This document shows positions 48,001 to 61,014 of a stretch of 64,000 bases of DNA, in pieces. Below the pieces are notes generated by a model. That model did not search any database and had not been told where the DNA came from. It was given only the letters and a program-made list of their open reading frames with translations. The stretch spans positions 78,182,001-78,246,000 of the forward strand of contig CM052822.1 in NCBI GenBank assembly GCA_028534125.1. Direction: 5' to 3'. Position 1 is the first letter of the stretch. Each line of letters begins with the position of its first letter. Made by a program: the position numbers and the translations under genes. The stretch is from Lama glama. Taxonomy: Eukaryota.

Positions 48001-50569
48001 GGAAGCTGGGAGGAGGGAGGGAGGGAGACACACAGTCTTGCTGTGCTTCCAGACTCTTCCTGCTCAAAGCGCCAGGAGAGCGGTTTCCACCTCCCTGGAG
48101 CAGACGACCTGAGGTTTGACTGTGAGGCCGCGTGGACGTCCCGTCAGAGTGGACGGCCCACCGAGGGGGATAACGTGAGCCGTTTAAGCCGCTTTAAGTT
48201 CCTCCCAGAGGGGTCTACCGTGGGGGCTGAGGGGGACCCCGATCCCCGAGTTCTTCAGAGACGAGGGTCCAGATCCCGTGGGATCCCATGGGGCCCCACA
48301 GGGCAGACCCAGTCCGGGCAGAGGGGACCTTCCTTCAGCAGCAGGTAAAATTCTTGCCACATCAACGTGTAACACGAAGCTGAGGCTGACCACTGAGGCG
48401 GCTCATAAAGTGGGTTCAGGCCCTTGCTCCTCTTCATCTGCCCAAAGCAAGGGGCGTTCCTGCGGCAGGGGCTGAGAGACGCAGAGCAAGGATGGAGGGC
48501 CCGCCCTGGGGCTCCGGGCCTCTGCCCCCTCGCCCTGAGCTAACCAACACAGGGGCATTACCACCCTGCCGGGGCCTTCATCCGGGGCCTTTCAATCACC
48601 CCTTTAACGGGACTGTCTGGGGGCCTCTGCCCCGTGGGGCGCCGGTCAGTGCTTAGATAGCATGTGCACCACTCAAACAATGAAAGAACATCAGCTGAGA
48701 ACGTGAATTGTCCCTTAGTGTCTCCAGATAATCGTGACGTGTGTTTGGAACTCACACGAATGCAGCCCAGGGAGAAAACGCACCTTTGTTTCTAAACCGC
48801 GAGTCCACAGGCACAGGCGGCCCAACGCCCCGCCTGTGGGCGCCCCGCCCTGTCCCCGGCTGCTGACAGCGGCTCTTCCGTCCTGGAACCGGGACCCTGC
48901 TGGAGGTCGGGGAGGCAGCAGTCAGCCGGGGCCCCAAGGGGAGCCCACACGTGGCGTGAGCTCTGTGGCCTCAGCCTGGAACCTTCCTGAAGAGCTTTCT
49001 CGGTCACGGCAGCTACTTCACCCACAGTCATTCCCGCTCTGAGGCCTTTCCCCGCAGGGCTGCTGCTGCTGCTGTTAGAGGTGCCACCCGCCCCTCTGCG
49101 CGCGTCTCCTCCTTTACGCCTTCCCTTTGGAGGCCCAGGTCTGTGAATCGAGGTCTGGTCAGCACTGCTCTGCACACAGGCCCCAGGCCCTTGGGAGCCT
49201 GTTTGGCATTCCGCCCAACGGCAAAGTCGGTGAGTGCCCCCCTCACAGGAAGTCGACGCCGCTGGCCTGGGGAGGGGGTCCACGGGAGCAGCCGCCCTGC
49301 TGGGGGTCTCCGTCTCTTAGTGGCCCAGATCCAGCCCGTGTGGTCCCGCTGCTGGCTGGGCAGTGGCTCTTCCCCGGACGTCCCTCGGGTCTGTGGGAGC
49401 CACTTCCTCGCCTGCCCTGTGAGGGAGGCCACCTGGCCCGCTCAGCGTGCGGGGGCACCTGCTGGAGGCAGCGCCACGCGGTGGGGCCAGCCCCGGACTC
49501 GCGGGGCCTGGGGCTGCAGATGGTGCCCTTTCCAGACCACATGGCGCCGTCCCACACCCACGTCCCCCCGCTGGCCGTCCCGGTGGGCAACAGCCTTCAA
49601 ACGGAATCCGGTCTCCTGTCTCGTCAGACACTCCTTGGAGATGCACCACTTCGCATTTAGGAAAAAGGCAGAGTTCGTACATTCTGAACATGGCCGTGAA
49701 TTCTCGTCTGTTCTCCTATAAGGACTTTCCAAGCTGGGTCTAGACACCTAACCGTGTCCTCTGTGAATGCCTTTCCAGTCTGGAATTAGACATCGTCTAT
49801 GCAGATCCCATTTCTGTGTTTTAACGAGGCTTTTAATACCTAACCTCTGCTTTAATATCTCGGTCGTGCGGAGACAACGCGGTGGCAGAGCGGGACTGTG
49901 GGCAGTGGCTGGCGGTCTCCCATGTTTCATCTAAGTGCACAAGCTCTAAATAAAGCGCCACTGAGCGCAGGCGTGGCCCAGGCGGCTCGAGGGGCCGCCT
50001 GCCCGCGCTGGCTGGTGGGTTCAGTCGGCGGCCGGCGGCTCGGGCTCAGGGCTGTTTTATTTTCCGTGGAGCTGCCCCAGGCGACGCAGTCAACGTGGTC
50101 AGAATCGGAGTCCAGAGCAGGCCCCGCCGGCCCTACCCCAAGTTAATCAAGAACCAAGAGGAGGACAGAGGAACCGCGGCTCGTTCGAGGGCCTGCGGAG
50201 AAGCCTGGGAGCCCACCGCCTCTCTCTTAAAGGGGCACAGAGAGCAGGGCCTGACCTCCAGCACAGAGGGGGTGGCACAGCTCTAGAACACGCCCCGTGA
50301 GGCCCAAGCCTTCAGTTCTTGTATTTTTAAATATAAGTGACATATAAAAATAGACGCTTTCCAGAAGCCGGGCGCAGGTGCAGGTGCCCACTCGGCCCAT
50401 GGGGGTCCAGGGGGTGATCTGGGCTCCATACCCCGCCCAGGAGCCCACCCTCCTGTCACCTCCCTAAACAAGCGTTTGGCTCTCGACTGGCTTCCCAGCT
50501 GCCCCCGGGACCTCACGGTTTCCAAGCACAGGTTCCTGCCAGTTCCTCTTTCTCTGCCCAGACATCTTA

Positions 50570-50950
50570 ACGTCGTTCTGAAACCCAGCCACGAACACAT
50601 CGCCACACACGGGGTGGCTCAGAACAGCAGAAGCGTCTTCTCTCAGGCCCAAAGCCTGAGGCCAGGAGTGGGCAGGGCCCCCCTCAAGTCCCCGGGGAGG
50701 GGCCTCCCTGCCGCCCCCTCGGTCTGCAGACGCACCCTGCAGCCTCCGCCCTGTCCTGTCCTCACCCAGTGTTGTCCTCTCTCCAGGGACACGGCTGCCC
50801 TGCACTCCGGGCCCACCAACTCCCGCATGGCGTCTCTCAGCCTCGGTTATCCCACCCGGAGCCTCCCGGGCTCCAAACAGGGTGGCTCCCTGCACCCTGG
50901 GGGCTGGGACTCAGGGGTCCCGCTGTGGGACTGAGTCCGACCTCCACACT
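50570..50950 (-). mobile_element. MLT1 (MaLR) LTR, GC-shifted
   Basis: ccacacacggggtggctcagaacagcagaagcgtcttctctca (MLT1 reverse: ccacaaactgggtggcttaaaacaacagaaatttattctctca), then agggacac..gggcccacc..ccaaacagggt..gggggctgggact. Confidence 0.75.
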
Positions 50951-51094
50951 GGCTGGAGCGCCTGCTCTGCTATGAAGCTCCCTCAGAAGGAGAGAGCCCA
51001 CTGCCACGGGAGTCTGCCCTGAAAACTGAGAGTCCGTGTTCACCTCATTCGCTAATTCCTCACACACCGTTGACTTGTTTGCTTTCGACGCATC

Positions 51095-51215
51095 CATCCT
51101 ATTTCTTCCACTAGATTATGAGGTCACTGAGGGCAGGACTCAGGACTTCGTGTTTAAATTCATCTCTATTTTCAGAACAGAAGCCGGCCCCCAGACAGCC
51201 AACTGATATTGACCG
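51095..51215 (+). mobile_element. L2 fragment
   Basis: ccactagattatgaggtcactgagggcaggact..ttcatctct matches L2 ccactagactgtgagctccttgagggcagggact..ttcatcttt. Confidence 0.7.
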
Positions 51216-53505
51216 CCTCGCTCTGAAAAGCCTTGAGAATGGGGCCTCTGTTCCAGTGTGTGTGGTTCTGGAGTCCAGTGTGGCTCCTGAGGTTACCACG
51301 GTGTGCACGGAACGGAAGAATGAGTGAACACTCAATACTCACAGATCGGCAAAAATAATAATAATAATAAAGCCCAGGGCCTCTCATCTGGCTCGAAAAC
51401 AAAATCCAGTTTGGAATGCTTTTTAAGAGGGATTCACAAAGCTCGTGTCCATGGGTGCGCTGTTTAGACGCAGGTCCTGGAAGCATCAGGGCCACGGTGC
51501 GGTGGGGCCAGTCCCCGCCGTGCACAGCCAGGCCGCGGTGCAGGCGTGAGTCATGTGCAAACGCACATGGGAGACGGACCCGCTGCGAGGAGCTGGGACC
51601 CGGACATGCAGCTTCAGGAAGGCTGGACTTTCTCATAAGAAAGCGGAGCATCCGGTCTCTGCGTCCCTTGAGTCCCCGACATCCTCCGAGCTCTGGTTGG
51701 GACAGGCTGGCGCTCTCCTAAGTGAGCTCCGCTGGTGTCACAAGAAAAACAGGCTCTGTGGGCAGGGACGCCGGAGGAGGTCGGGTTGTCACCTGTTGAA
51801 ACTCTGCTGTGGGACTTTCCGCCCCAGGGGTGGTGGCACTCAGGCCCTCCGGGTGGGACGGTACACAGCCAGCCTGCAGCGCCCCCGTCCCTTCTCTGGA
51901 AGACCCTGTGCGGCCCGGGCTCGGAGGGCACACAAGTGAAATGCGTCAGTGCACCCAGACCAGCCTGTCTGCCTCGATGGCAGGGACGTGTCCTGGACAT
52001 TCCTGGCCGACCCCGCCCGTGTCGGAGTTGCTGGCGGCCGTCAACAGCAGCCGGGCCGGGCTGGCGCCTGGCGGAACTTCACACCAAGGAGCAGTTTCCC
52101 AAGGAAGAAACACTCACTGAAAACCCTGATAAGTTAAACACAATTCGTCTCAGGCCTCAAGTTCCCTCAACACACGCTTGCACACACTCCCATGTGCAGG
52201 AAGGGACCCGCACAGCGTCCGCAGCCACAGCGCTTCGTCACTGCCGACGTCACCACCCCAGTGATCTCGAGGCTGAGCCCTGACTGTAGCTCTGGGGTTG
52301 TCCTGGGATGACGCAGGGTCAGCCGTGTTCTCTCCCAGGCTCACCGTCTAGCTGGGGACAGGACAGCTGCTCTCGCTGAACAGCGCCGACGGCCCTGGGA
52401 TCCCACCAGCCCCCGCTCCTGGGGTTGGGGCCCTTCCAGCCCTCAGCCTCCGGGGGGAGGGGGCGTCCAGGGGTCTTTGCTGTGCCCTTCCTGCATTTGG
52501 GCACCAGTGAGCTCCCAGGCCAGCCCCGCGAGTTCTCATTTCCACATGAAGCTGTGGTGTCGTCTGTGTTACAGGACACTTTCTGGTCCAGCGAAAAACC
52601 CGAGCTCAATCTCAGATGAAGCCAAAAAATCCACTGAGAGGGAGGGCTGCCCAGCCAGGACGCCACCGCCAGCACTTGCCCGCTTCTCGGCTCCCAGGGC
52701 CGAGACTCTCACTCCTGATTCACGCCAGGGTCTCCCTCTCCTCCTCCCGACCCGGCCTCCCACCCACACCCAACCCAAACCCCCATCAAATCCCAGGGCC
52801 TCCCGCAGCCTGTGTTCAGTTGGGGGGTGGGGGAGGGTGACGGGTGAGCTAGGTGGCCCCCACCCGCCAGCCCGCCACTCACCTTCACACCACGTGCACG
52901 TCTGACCAGCCGCCGGGGCCAGGGGTGGGGGGCACCCCACATGTCCTCTCCGTCCCTCCTCCACCCTGGTCCCAGCCCTCGCCGTCTCCTCGCCAGTCTC
53001 TGGGCTTCCTGCTTCTCCCCTCCACCTTGAAGGAAACTGGACAGGCTGCTGTCCCTCCCGGGCCCCACGGCCCCGTTGCCACAAACACATCAGGCCCCTG
53101 CTGCCCTCCCGCCCGTTTCCGCCACCACGCGCGGGCGTCAGGGACCTCACCACTTCTCTCCTAGAAGTCGCCAGCCCCTCCCGCTTCCTCTGTCCCCCCA
53201 CCCCCCCACCCCCAACACCCCGCAGCCCCACCTTACGACACAGCCCCGCCCTCTGACTCTGCTTATACCCCCCCACCCCAGCCTGGAGGCTCCTTCTCGC
53301 CTCTGGTACCCTCACAGCCACTCTTCTTTCAAGGAATTTCCATTTCCCCCAACTGAGATTCTCAGAGAAACTTCAGGGCCACCTGACTGTCCCTCAGTCA
53401 GGGAACTTCCGACCCCCGGCAGGCAGCTCGGGGGGCCGGGGGAGATGAGGAAAGGGGGCGTCGGCGGCAGCACCAGAGCAGCGAAGCAGCACACTTGCAC
53501 ACGCG

Positions 53506-53549
53506 CACGCTCGCACACGACACGCTCGCACACGACACGCTCGCACACG
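53506..53549. repeat. 15-bp tandem repeat (CACGCTCGCACACGA) x3
   Basis: Seen directly. Confidence 0.9.
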
Positions 53550-56319
53550 TGCCCACAGGCTCACACATCACACTCGTGCGTAGGGAGACGGAAGCACAGG
53601 ATCCTGTAGGGCAGACCCTCCGCAGGGGCAGAGGCGCGTCGCAGGCAGTCGCCCCGCTGCCCGTCCTGCACACGCGGAGCGCTGCTGCGGGTTCTGCAGA
53701 CGGGGCCGTCACGGGTCTGGACGTGCTCTCCCAGGAGCCCTGTGGAGCCTCACACCGGAGGAACCTGGAAACTGGGCAGGCCTTCCACGGGCACGGGGAG
53801 CCGTTGAGGGCTCTCCTCCCATCGGCGTCAGGTGCTTATAGCAGGAGACGGAAGGTACAAATCAGCGACCCCTGGTGCCCTTGCTGGTGACCTTGCTGGC
53901 AGGTGGCACTGCCTCCCTGCCGTGCTGCCGGTGGGGACGCTCAGTTAAGTCACCGAAACTGCTCGTCACCCACAGACTTTACTGCAGTCCCGGGTCCTTA
54001 ATTCTGCAGTGCGGGGTCACCCCAGAGACAGAGCTCTGGACACGTCCCGTCTGCTGTTCCTCCACGTCCCCTTCCTCTCCTCTCTCCCCTCTCCCCCATC
54101 CCTCACATCCTGGTAAAGTCCTGCCAGCTCGCGGAGGAGGGAGCGCCGGATCCCGGAAGCCCACTGACTCCGGATCCAGGGATGTAAGTGTGACCCCTAG
54201 TGGTCCAGCGGTGGCCACGCGGCTGCATCACAGGGAGGCGAGAGGCCAGTCCTGCGCTGTCCCTCCCGGAGGAGGGCTGGGGTGGTACTGGCCCCCGGGG
54301 CCTCGTGGCATAGGCCACACCCGCGGACGACAGAAGCGAGTTCTCCAGCAGCTCCTGGCCTGGGAACCACCTGCTCCAGCTTCTCCCAACAACGGTAGGA
54401 ATTGAGGAACCTGATCACACGCCCACTTCCGTCCCGCACTCACCTGCCTTCCCAGGTCCTTCTTTCACGTAACAGCCGGATGAACCAGAGCCCGTGAAGC
54501 AATGCCCAGTGGGTCCATCAGAAAGTCCCTCTGGTCTCTTCGGCTGTGAGAGGACCCTCGCCAGTTACGCCAAGTCTCCTGTCGGTCACCGTCTCTGGGA
54601 CGACTCCGAGGACAGAGAAGCAGTGCCTTCTCCTCCGGGTCACCGCCCCGCAGACCAGCACTGAGGAGACAGGACTAACCCAGGGCAGACCGCACCCCCG
54701 AAGCCGCCTAAGTCCTGACACTATTTTTGGGGTTGTCGTTGTGGGTTGTCTTCCCTTGAAAGAACAGAACTGATATTCACACCACCCCAAATAATAATCC
54801 CAGTTAGGCCCAAGTTCCCCTTCAACGACCATGGTTGGTGGCTCCGAGCCCCGCGCCCCCCGCCCCCGGGAGCAGGGCCACAGCAAGGTCTCGGCAGGAA
54901 CACGGGGCTGGGATGCTCACGGGTCTTCACCCCCAGGAAGGGAAGCCCGGGACCCCGCCAGCGCATTCCCTCCAGTGTGACAAGGACGACCCCTGAAGGT
55001 CATGCAGCAGCGGGAACCCCAGCTGGCCAGCCCACCCGGGAAGGCCACCACCACCCTTGTGGAGAAGAGGACGTTGCCGTGCAGCGTCTCCAGGTGTCGG
55101 CTGCGGGGAAGAGGAGTGCCAGGACGTGTGACCGTCAATTCCAGTGTCACCTTGCCTGGGCTGAGGGACCCCAGGTGGCCCGGGAACACCATTTCTGGGT
55201 GTGTCTGTGCCCGTGTTTTGGGAGGACGTGGGCGTCTGAGTCGTGGACCAGTAAGCGCAGGAAGAGGCTGCACCAAGGACCAAGGTGGGGGCGTCACCAG
55301 TCCGTCGAGGGTCAGGACAGAAAGGCGGGGGTGGCGAAGGTGCTCCCTGCTTGAGCTGAGACATCACTGTCTCTGCTCTTGGACACCCGTGCTCCTGCGC
55401 CTTGGCCTCAGACGGGTTGGGACGCATGCCGCCGGCTCCCCGGGCCCCGCCACGCAGACAGCGGGCTCCAGCCCGCACGGAGACGCCAGCTGCTCCTAAC
55501 CCTCCACGCTACAGGGCACGAGACTGTCGACACAGCACTTGACGGCTGAGCACGGGGCCGGCTCGGCTCCGTACAACATGTGCACAGAGACCAGGTCACA
55601 CAGGGAGGAAGCGGAGGTGGCAGGTCCCCCGGGGTGACGAGAGGCTGGGGCGGAAGGGCTGGGCGCCGTAAGGCACAGGTAACAGCGGGGGAGGCCTGCT
55701 TGGGGGAACCAGGCACAGGGACCCAGGGGACGGTGCCGGCAGGACACGCGCCGAGCCTGACTTGGAGGAGGAGTGACTTCTCCTGGAGAAGAGGCGTTAG
55801 CTCCGCATCCACACAGCAAGCAGAGCACAGCAGCACTGGACAGGGAGGAGCCCCGGGCCACCAGGGAGAGCGGAGCTGGCGGGCAGCTGTGACCCACGAG
55901 TCCCTCCCCATCTCCTTTCAGCACCCCCGCCCCACCCCCGAGGGACACGGCTCTGGACAGACACACAGACACACACGCACACACAAAGCAACACCCTGCA
56001 GTTGCCATTTTTTCTTTTTAAAATCATACACATTTCATGAAGCTCCACGCCGAGCGTCTTCTGACTTATGGTAATTGTCAACAAAAGCAGAAACACAGAT
56101 GATTTTAACCCTGGAGTAGCTAGGAGTTAACGGCATGAAATTACGTTGTTTTTTCCTTAAGAAAGGGTGGGAAGGTCCAAGTGACTCCACGCATGAAGCG
56201 CTAAGGACCGGAGCGGAGTGATGCCGTCCGCCCGCAGCAGTGCACGCCAGCACCTCGGACCCGGGGACACCCCAGCCGCAGTGTCCGCGTGTGGGGGCCT
56301 GGAGGACTCCAGTGAGACT

Positions 56320-56720
56320 GATTTCCATATCAAACCCAATTTAGATGAAACGTCTTGGTTAAAAAAAAAAAGGCCAGCCCATCAATAGCCCCTTGATTAG
56401 ATTTTCATCTCCTGAGCAGACAAATATGAATATTTATTACCATGAATGCAGACTTTCCTCTTTCCATTGCTCTGATCTTGAATATTACCCACTGCTAATT
56501 TTTATGAAAATTTGGGCAACATAATGTTTTCACATAAACTGACAGTTCTTGATATAATCCTGTCATTGTCTGGCTGAAAATGACAGCTTCCGCTTATTCA
56601 TGTGTTAACAAGGGATTAAATATTGTTTTTCATCCCATAATCTAAGATGGACTGGAAATTAAAAATTGAACATTGTACATTAGCAGGGCTTTGAGGACCA
56701 GAATTTGTTTGCATTCACTT
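56320..56720. promoter_or_regulatory. AT-rich candidate conserved enhancer (MEIS, K50 homeodomain and SOX motifs)
   Basis: TGACAG 56540 and 56581, CTGTCA 56560, TAATCC 56555, GGATTA 56613, CATTGT 56564 and 56671, TGATTAG 56394. Confidence 0.55.
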
Positions 56721-57410
56721 AGAGAAGATCCGAAAATTAGCAGTTTAACAAGCAGTCCCCTTCGTGTTGCGCGAAGGCAGCACCACGAATCAGCACCGAC
56801 GCCCCAAACCCACTGAGTCCACCAGCTGAACACCAAAACGGAAACAAGCCAGAGACTCGGGGCCCTTTGCCAAAGAAATGAAGTGGCAACGTGACTGATA
56901 CCGCGTCAGATGTCAAGAACTGCTCGGAGGCCTCCCTGCGGGAGGGGAGCGTCTGCCTGGCGCCCTGGTCCTCACATCCCGAGACATGCTTGCCCTGCAA
57001 AACCACCCAGCGGGACCGGCCGGCAGCCAGCACGGCCAGCACCCCCGCACCCTGGACACCAGCCCTCCCGCCAGAGCACCCAGCACCACTGGTGACAGTC
57101 ACAGCCTCTGCACCGAATGGTCACTTCATCACTGTGACTCGGTGTCCCAGATCAAACCACGGATTTGACGGGGTTTTGGACGAACTGCCCCATATGCTTC
57201 TGAAAACGCACACTGAGTTTCACTTACTTATTTTTATCTCCCCGATCGGCTTGGTAGACCCTTCACTTTCTTATGTGTCGTCTGGCGCAGCACACGGCAC
57301 ACAGGTATTTCTCAGAAGCGGACTTGCCCGAAGGCGGTCCTTTGGGGCTAACATATAAAAGGAGCCCCGAGTAATGAGACGTGAACAGGACAGACTGGAT
57401 TACGGGTCCA

Positions 57411-57785
57411 TGTCGGAGCTGAGCTGTGTCCCCTCCAAGTCCCCGTGTTGAAGCCCTAACCCCAGGACCTATAAGACAAGCATTTGGAGACGGGGCCTTT
57501 AAGGAGATAATGAAGGCAAAACGAGGTCCTGTGGGAGGGCCCTGATCCAGCGTGACCTGCGTCCTTACAAGAAGAGGCGATCAGGACACAGACATGCACA
57601 GAGGGACAGCCACGTCAGGACACGGGGAGAAGACGGTCGTCCGCTCGCCAAGGAGAGAGGCCTCAGGAGAAGCCAACTGGCCGACACTGGGTGTCAGATC
57701 CCGGCCTCCGGGACGGGAGACACCAGACGTCTTCTGTTTAGGGCCCGACTGTGGGACTCACCGAGGCAGCTCTGGGAACGAGCCT
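57411..57785 (+). mobile_element. MLT1A-like MaLR solo LTR
   Basis: gctgagctgtgtcccctccaag..gtgttgaagccctaacccc..atttggagacggggcctttaaggagataat..gtccttacaagaagagg..gccaaggagagaggcctcaggagaagccaac. Confidence 0.9.
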
Positions 57786-58362
57786 GGAGGGACAGCCCCT
57801 CGGTGACTGCAGGGTGTGTCACCAGCAGGGGGGGAAGGAAGCAGGTGTTCTTAGTGTAGCATTAGGTCCGGGTGCTTCTCAAGGGAAGGGAGTTACCTCT
57901 TAAACTTTTTTTTGCTTTATGCTCTCTTTAAAAAAAAAAAAAGCTGTGTAATTCAGGGTCTGTACACACGAAGTAGCCTTTAATAGGGCCTTCATCCCAC
58001 AGAGACAAAGGGTGAAGTCTGTGCAGACAGGCTGAGTAAGAGTCTGGTGCCCCCCATCCCCGCTCCGCACGGCTTGATGATGCCCCCAGGCTCCCTGCGC
58101 CCACGGTCCTGAGGACTCCCTAATACACGATTACAAGACGTCCCACACAGATGGAGGTGCAGTGTAGGCGCCGCAGCCACAGCCCTGGGAGGGCTCCGGT
58201 CCGTGGTCAGCATCCAGGGAGGTGGGCCCTGAGGCCGAGGCAGAACCAGGTGCCCAGCTCAGCTGCCCGCCCACAGCTGTTGCCCAGCACCTGCCAGGCC
58301 TGCATCTCTCCAGGCTTCTGGGCCCGAGTAGAGGGTGTCCGGGGTCAGGAAGGAGGAATGTG

Positions 58363-58845
58363 TGTAACAGGGAAGAACAAATCTGACCCCATATTGGATC
58401 TGTTTCTTTTTTGTTAATCTTCGTATCTATTGCTTTTACTACAAGTTAATCACTAAAAGGATGTGGCCTATAAGCTTACATTACACATCATGGCCCACCT
58501 CTGAGAACCTGCCTCCCAGTGATGGGCACTGAGCTGAAACACCTCTGTTCAGCTCACAGGCCACATCCTGACCAGGCCCCGCTGCGAGTGACCAGGAAGG
58601 AGGAAATTAACACGTCCCTTCCGGAGGCTGAGCAGAACCAGGAAACGTCTGACGTGACCCCCTCCCCTTTTAGTATAAGACAAGCCTGAACTCTAACTCA
58701 GGCAACGTGGCTCTTTGGGACACGAGCCCCCACCTTCTCGGTCTGCTGGCTTCCCAAATAAAGATGCTCTTCTTGTCCCAACACCATGTCTCTCGACTTA
58801 TTGGCCTGTCGTGGGGCGAGCAGCACAAGCTTGGATTAAGTGAGA
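58363..58845 (+). mobile_element. ERV1-type solo LTR (resembles artiodactyl MER41-like LTRs)
   Basis: Starts TGTAACAGGGAAGAACAAATCTGAC. TATA-like TATAAGA at ~58674, AATAAA at 58757-58762, and a U5 end ttattggcctgtcgtggggcgagcagcacaagcttgga. Confidence 0.8.
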
Positions 58846-59616
58846 GTCTGGCCAGCACCACGACGCCCCTGCATGACACGGAGACCAAGCCAGGTGCTCC
58901 CCGCCGGCCCTGCACGGCCCTTCCCGGGGCTCCCCACCAGGTCTACCAGGAGCAGTTTATCCAGAAGTCGGAAAATTCGCGTTTTGTCCTGGATCTCGGC
59001 AGCTTCGTGGGTAAAGATCCTGTAAGTGCACTTAACCTACCGTCCAGTTGAAAAACTCGTCATATTCGTGGAGAACAGCAGGTGTCCCTGTGCCACGGGG
59101 ATGGGGCTGAGGGGATTTCAACTTTCAAGAATCGTGATGAGAGAAGGTGGCAACCCAATGCAAACAACAAAAACTATTTACTTTTCATGTTTTCATGAAA
59201 ATACGCAGCTATCCAACAGGCCTGTAAGTGAGCCATCGCCATGCCTGTCTCTCCCTGCGACGTCTCACCGGACAGGTGCGGTCAGCCACAGCCCCGACCC
59301 ACGTGTCGAGCGCAGTTCTCTCCGATTTTCTCAGCCCCCGCTTGCCGGGGTCGTTCACTCAGGCGGCGGGTGTTGGGAGCACGTGTGTCTGTGTAGGGGA
59401 GGGGACTGCCGAGGGGATCCAACTTGACCCGAGGTCCTTTCAATCCAACTTGACTGTTAACAGGGAAACCGATCTGGCTGCAGACGTGAACTCCGTTATG
59501 AAGCGGGTGGACAGGGCCCTGTAACCCCAAAGGAGGGAAATTCAGTTGTAGGTCAGTTGATAATCGATCCTGGTGCTTCGAGTCAGGAGGGTGGATGACA
59601 TCTGTGACTTGTGGGT

Positions 59617-59998
59617 CCTGAGGGTCAAACTGCATCTCCCCAAAAGGTGTGTCACGGCCTAACCCTCAGCCCTGGGAGGAAGGGCTTCTTGGAAACAGGG
59701 CCTTGCAGACGTGATCAGCTCAGGTGAGGCCATGACCAGCGTCTTTATGAGATGAGACACACAGGAAGGCTGTGAGGATGGATGCAGAGGCTGGAGGGAG
59801 GCAGCTCAAGTGTAGGACGCCAGCGACACCAGAGCTGAAAGAGGCAGGAAGGATCCACCCTGGAGGCTCCGGAGGGCGTGCGGCCCGAGATGCCCTGATC
59901 TTGGACTTCCGGCCCCCTGCCCTGGGGAGAGCGCATCTCTGCTCTTCTCAGCCCCGGCTTGGGGCACTTTGTCACTGCAGCCTTAGGACCCCGATACC
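59617..59998 (+). mobile_element. MLT1B/C-like MaLR solo LTR
   Basis: ttggaaacagggccttgcagacgtgatcag..gcagaggctggag..agaggcaggaaggat..tgatcttggacttccggcc..cactttgtcactgcagcc. Confidence 0.9.
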
Positions 59999-61014
59999 CA
60001 GACCAGTGGTGGCCGCGGTCCGGGTGGGACCCTGACAGGCAGGACCCCGGTGGCTGAAGGCCCTCTGCCAGTTGTGGGAGGCCTGTGGGATCCGGGCAGA
60101 CCAGAAGTCCAGTCTCGCAGATTGGCACTGATGGTGCCACATCTGGGGTGACACGTGGTGACAGGGGCACCAGAGACATCCCAGGGCCTCGTGGCCCCCA
60201 CAGGGTGGTGCTTGTGGAGCAATTTCAGGGCCTGGAGTGGAGCCTCGGAGATGGCGCTGCACCCGGGAGTCCAGGGAAAGGGAGGAGGGAGGTTGGCTCT
60301 GCGGCCCACCCGACCCTGACGCCCCGACGCTGCCCAGAACCGAGCCCCACGAGGGCGGTTCCTCCAGCACCAGCTGCCCTTCCCTCCTGGAACTGCTCTA
60401 GTTACATGCAGGGCATACGTTTCACTGCTGATTGAACACTAGGGGCGTTTACGCTGGAGAACTGGGCCCAGCTTCAGGGGCACCTCAGTGAGGTGGACCC
60501 CGTTCTCACTGCAGGAGAGACGTGGACACACGCGGACGCACCGAGTACCTCCAAGCCGCACTCCCCTCCGCGGAGCTCGCCGGCGTGGCACAGGCCGCGT
60601 GTCTGCTCTGACACGAGGTTGCTTTGAACTTAGCATTTGATTATATTTTCTGTTGTATCGATTACTAATTACTCCATATGGCTGAAAAAGAATTTTTGTT
60701 AAGCCCATGGATTGAGCTACGGCAGGTACTCAAACCGGCAGTTGAAGGATCAGCTCCGTTGCAGGGAGACTGGCCTGGGGTGGGAACGGGCTGCGGACGG
60801 GCCACGCGTGGCTGCCTTGGGGCCAGCACAGAGGGGAGCCCCCGGTATTCCGGTGGCAGCAGATCAGGTGGGCACGGTGGGCAGGGAGAAGCCTTTTCCA
60901 GAGTAATGCACCTTCCGCGGAGATGTCAGAGCAGGGAGAGAGCAGAGGGACGACCCCTGGAGCAGACGGCGCAGACGCGCGAGCCCAGGAGGGGCGTCAG
61001 GCCCCGGGTCAGTC

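Noticed and set aside
57904-57945. Poly-T/poly-A hairpin resembling an intrinsic terminator
   Set aside because: These are low-complexity mononucleotide runs, and bacterial terminators are irrelevant in this context.
58363-58845. Interferon-inducible STAT1 enhancer, as described for some MER41 LTRs
   Set aside because: I found no TTCNNNGAA site in this copy, and the family assignment is unverified.
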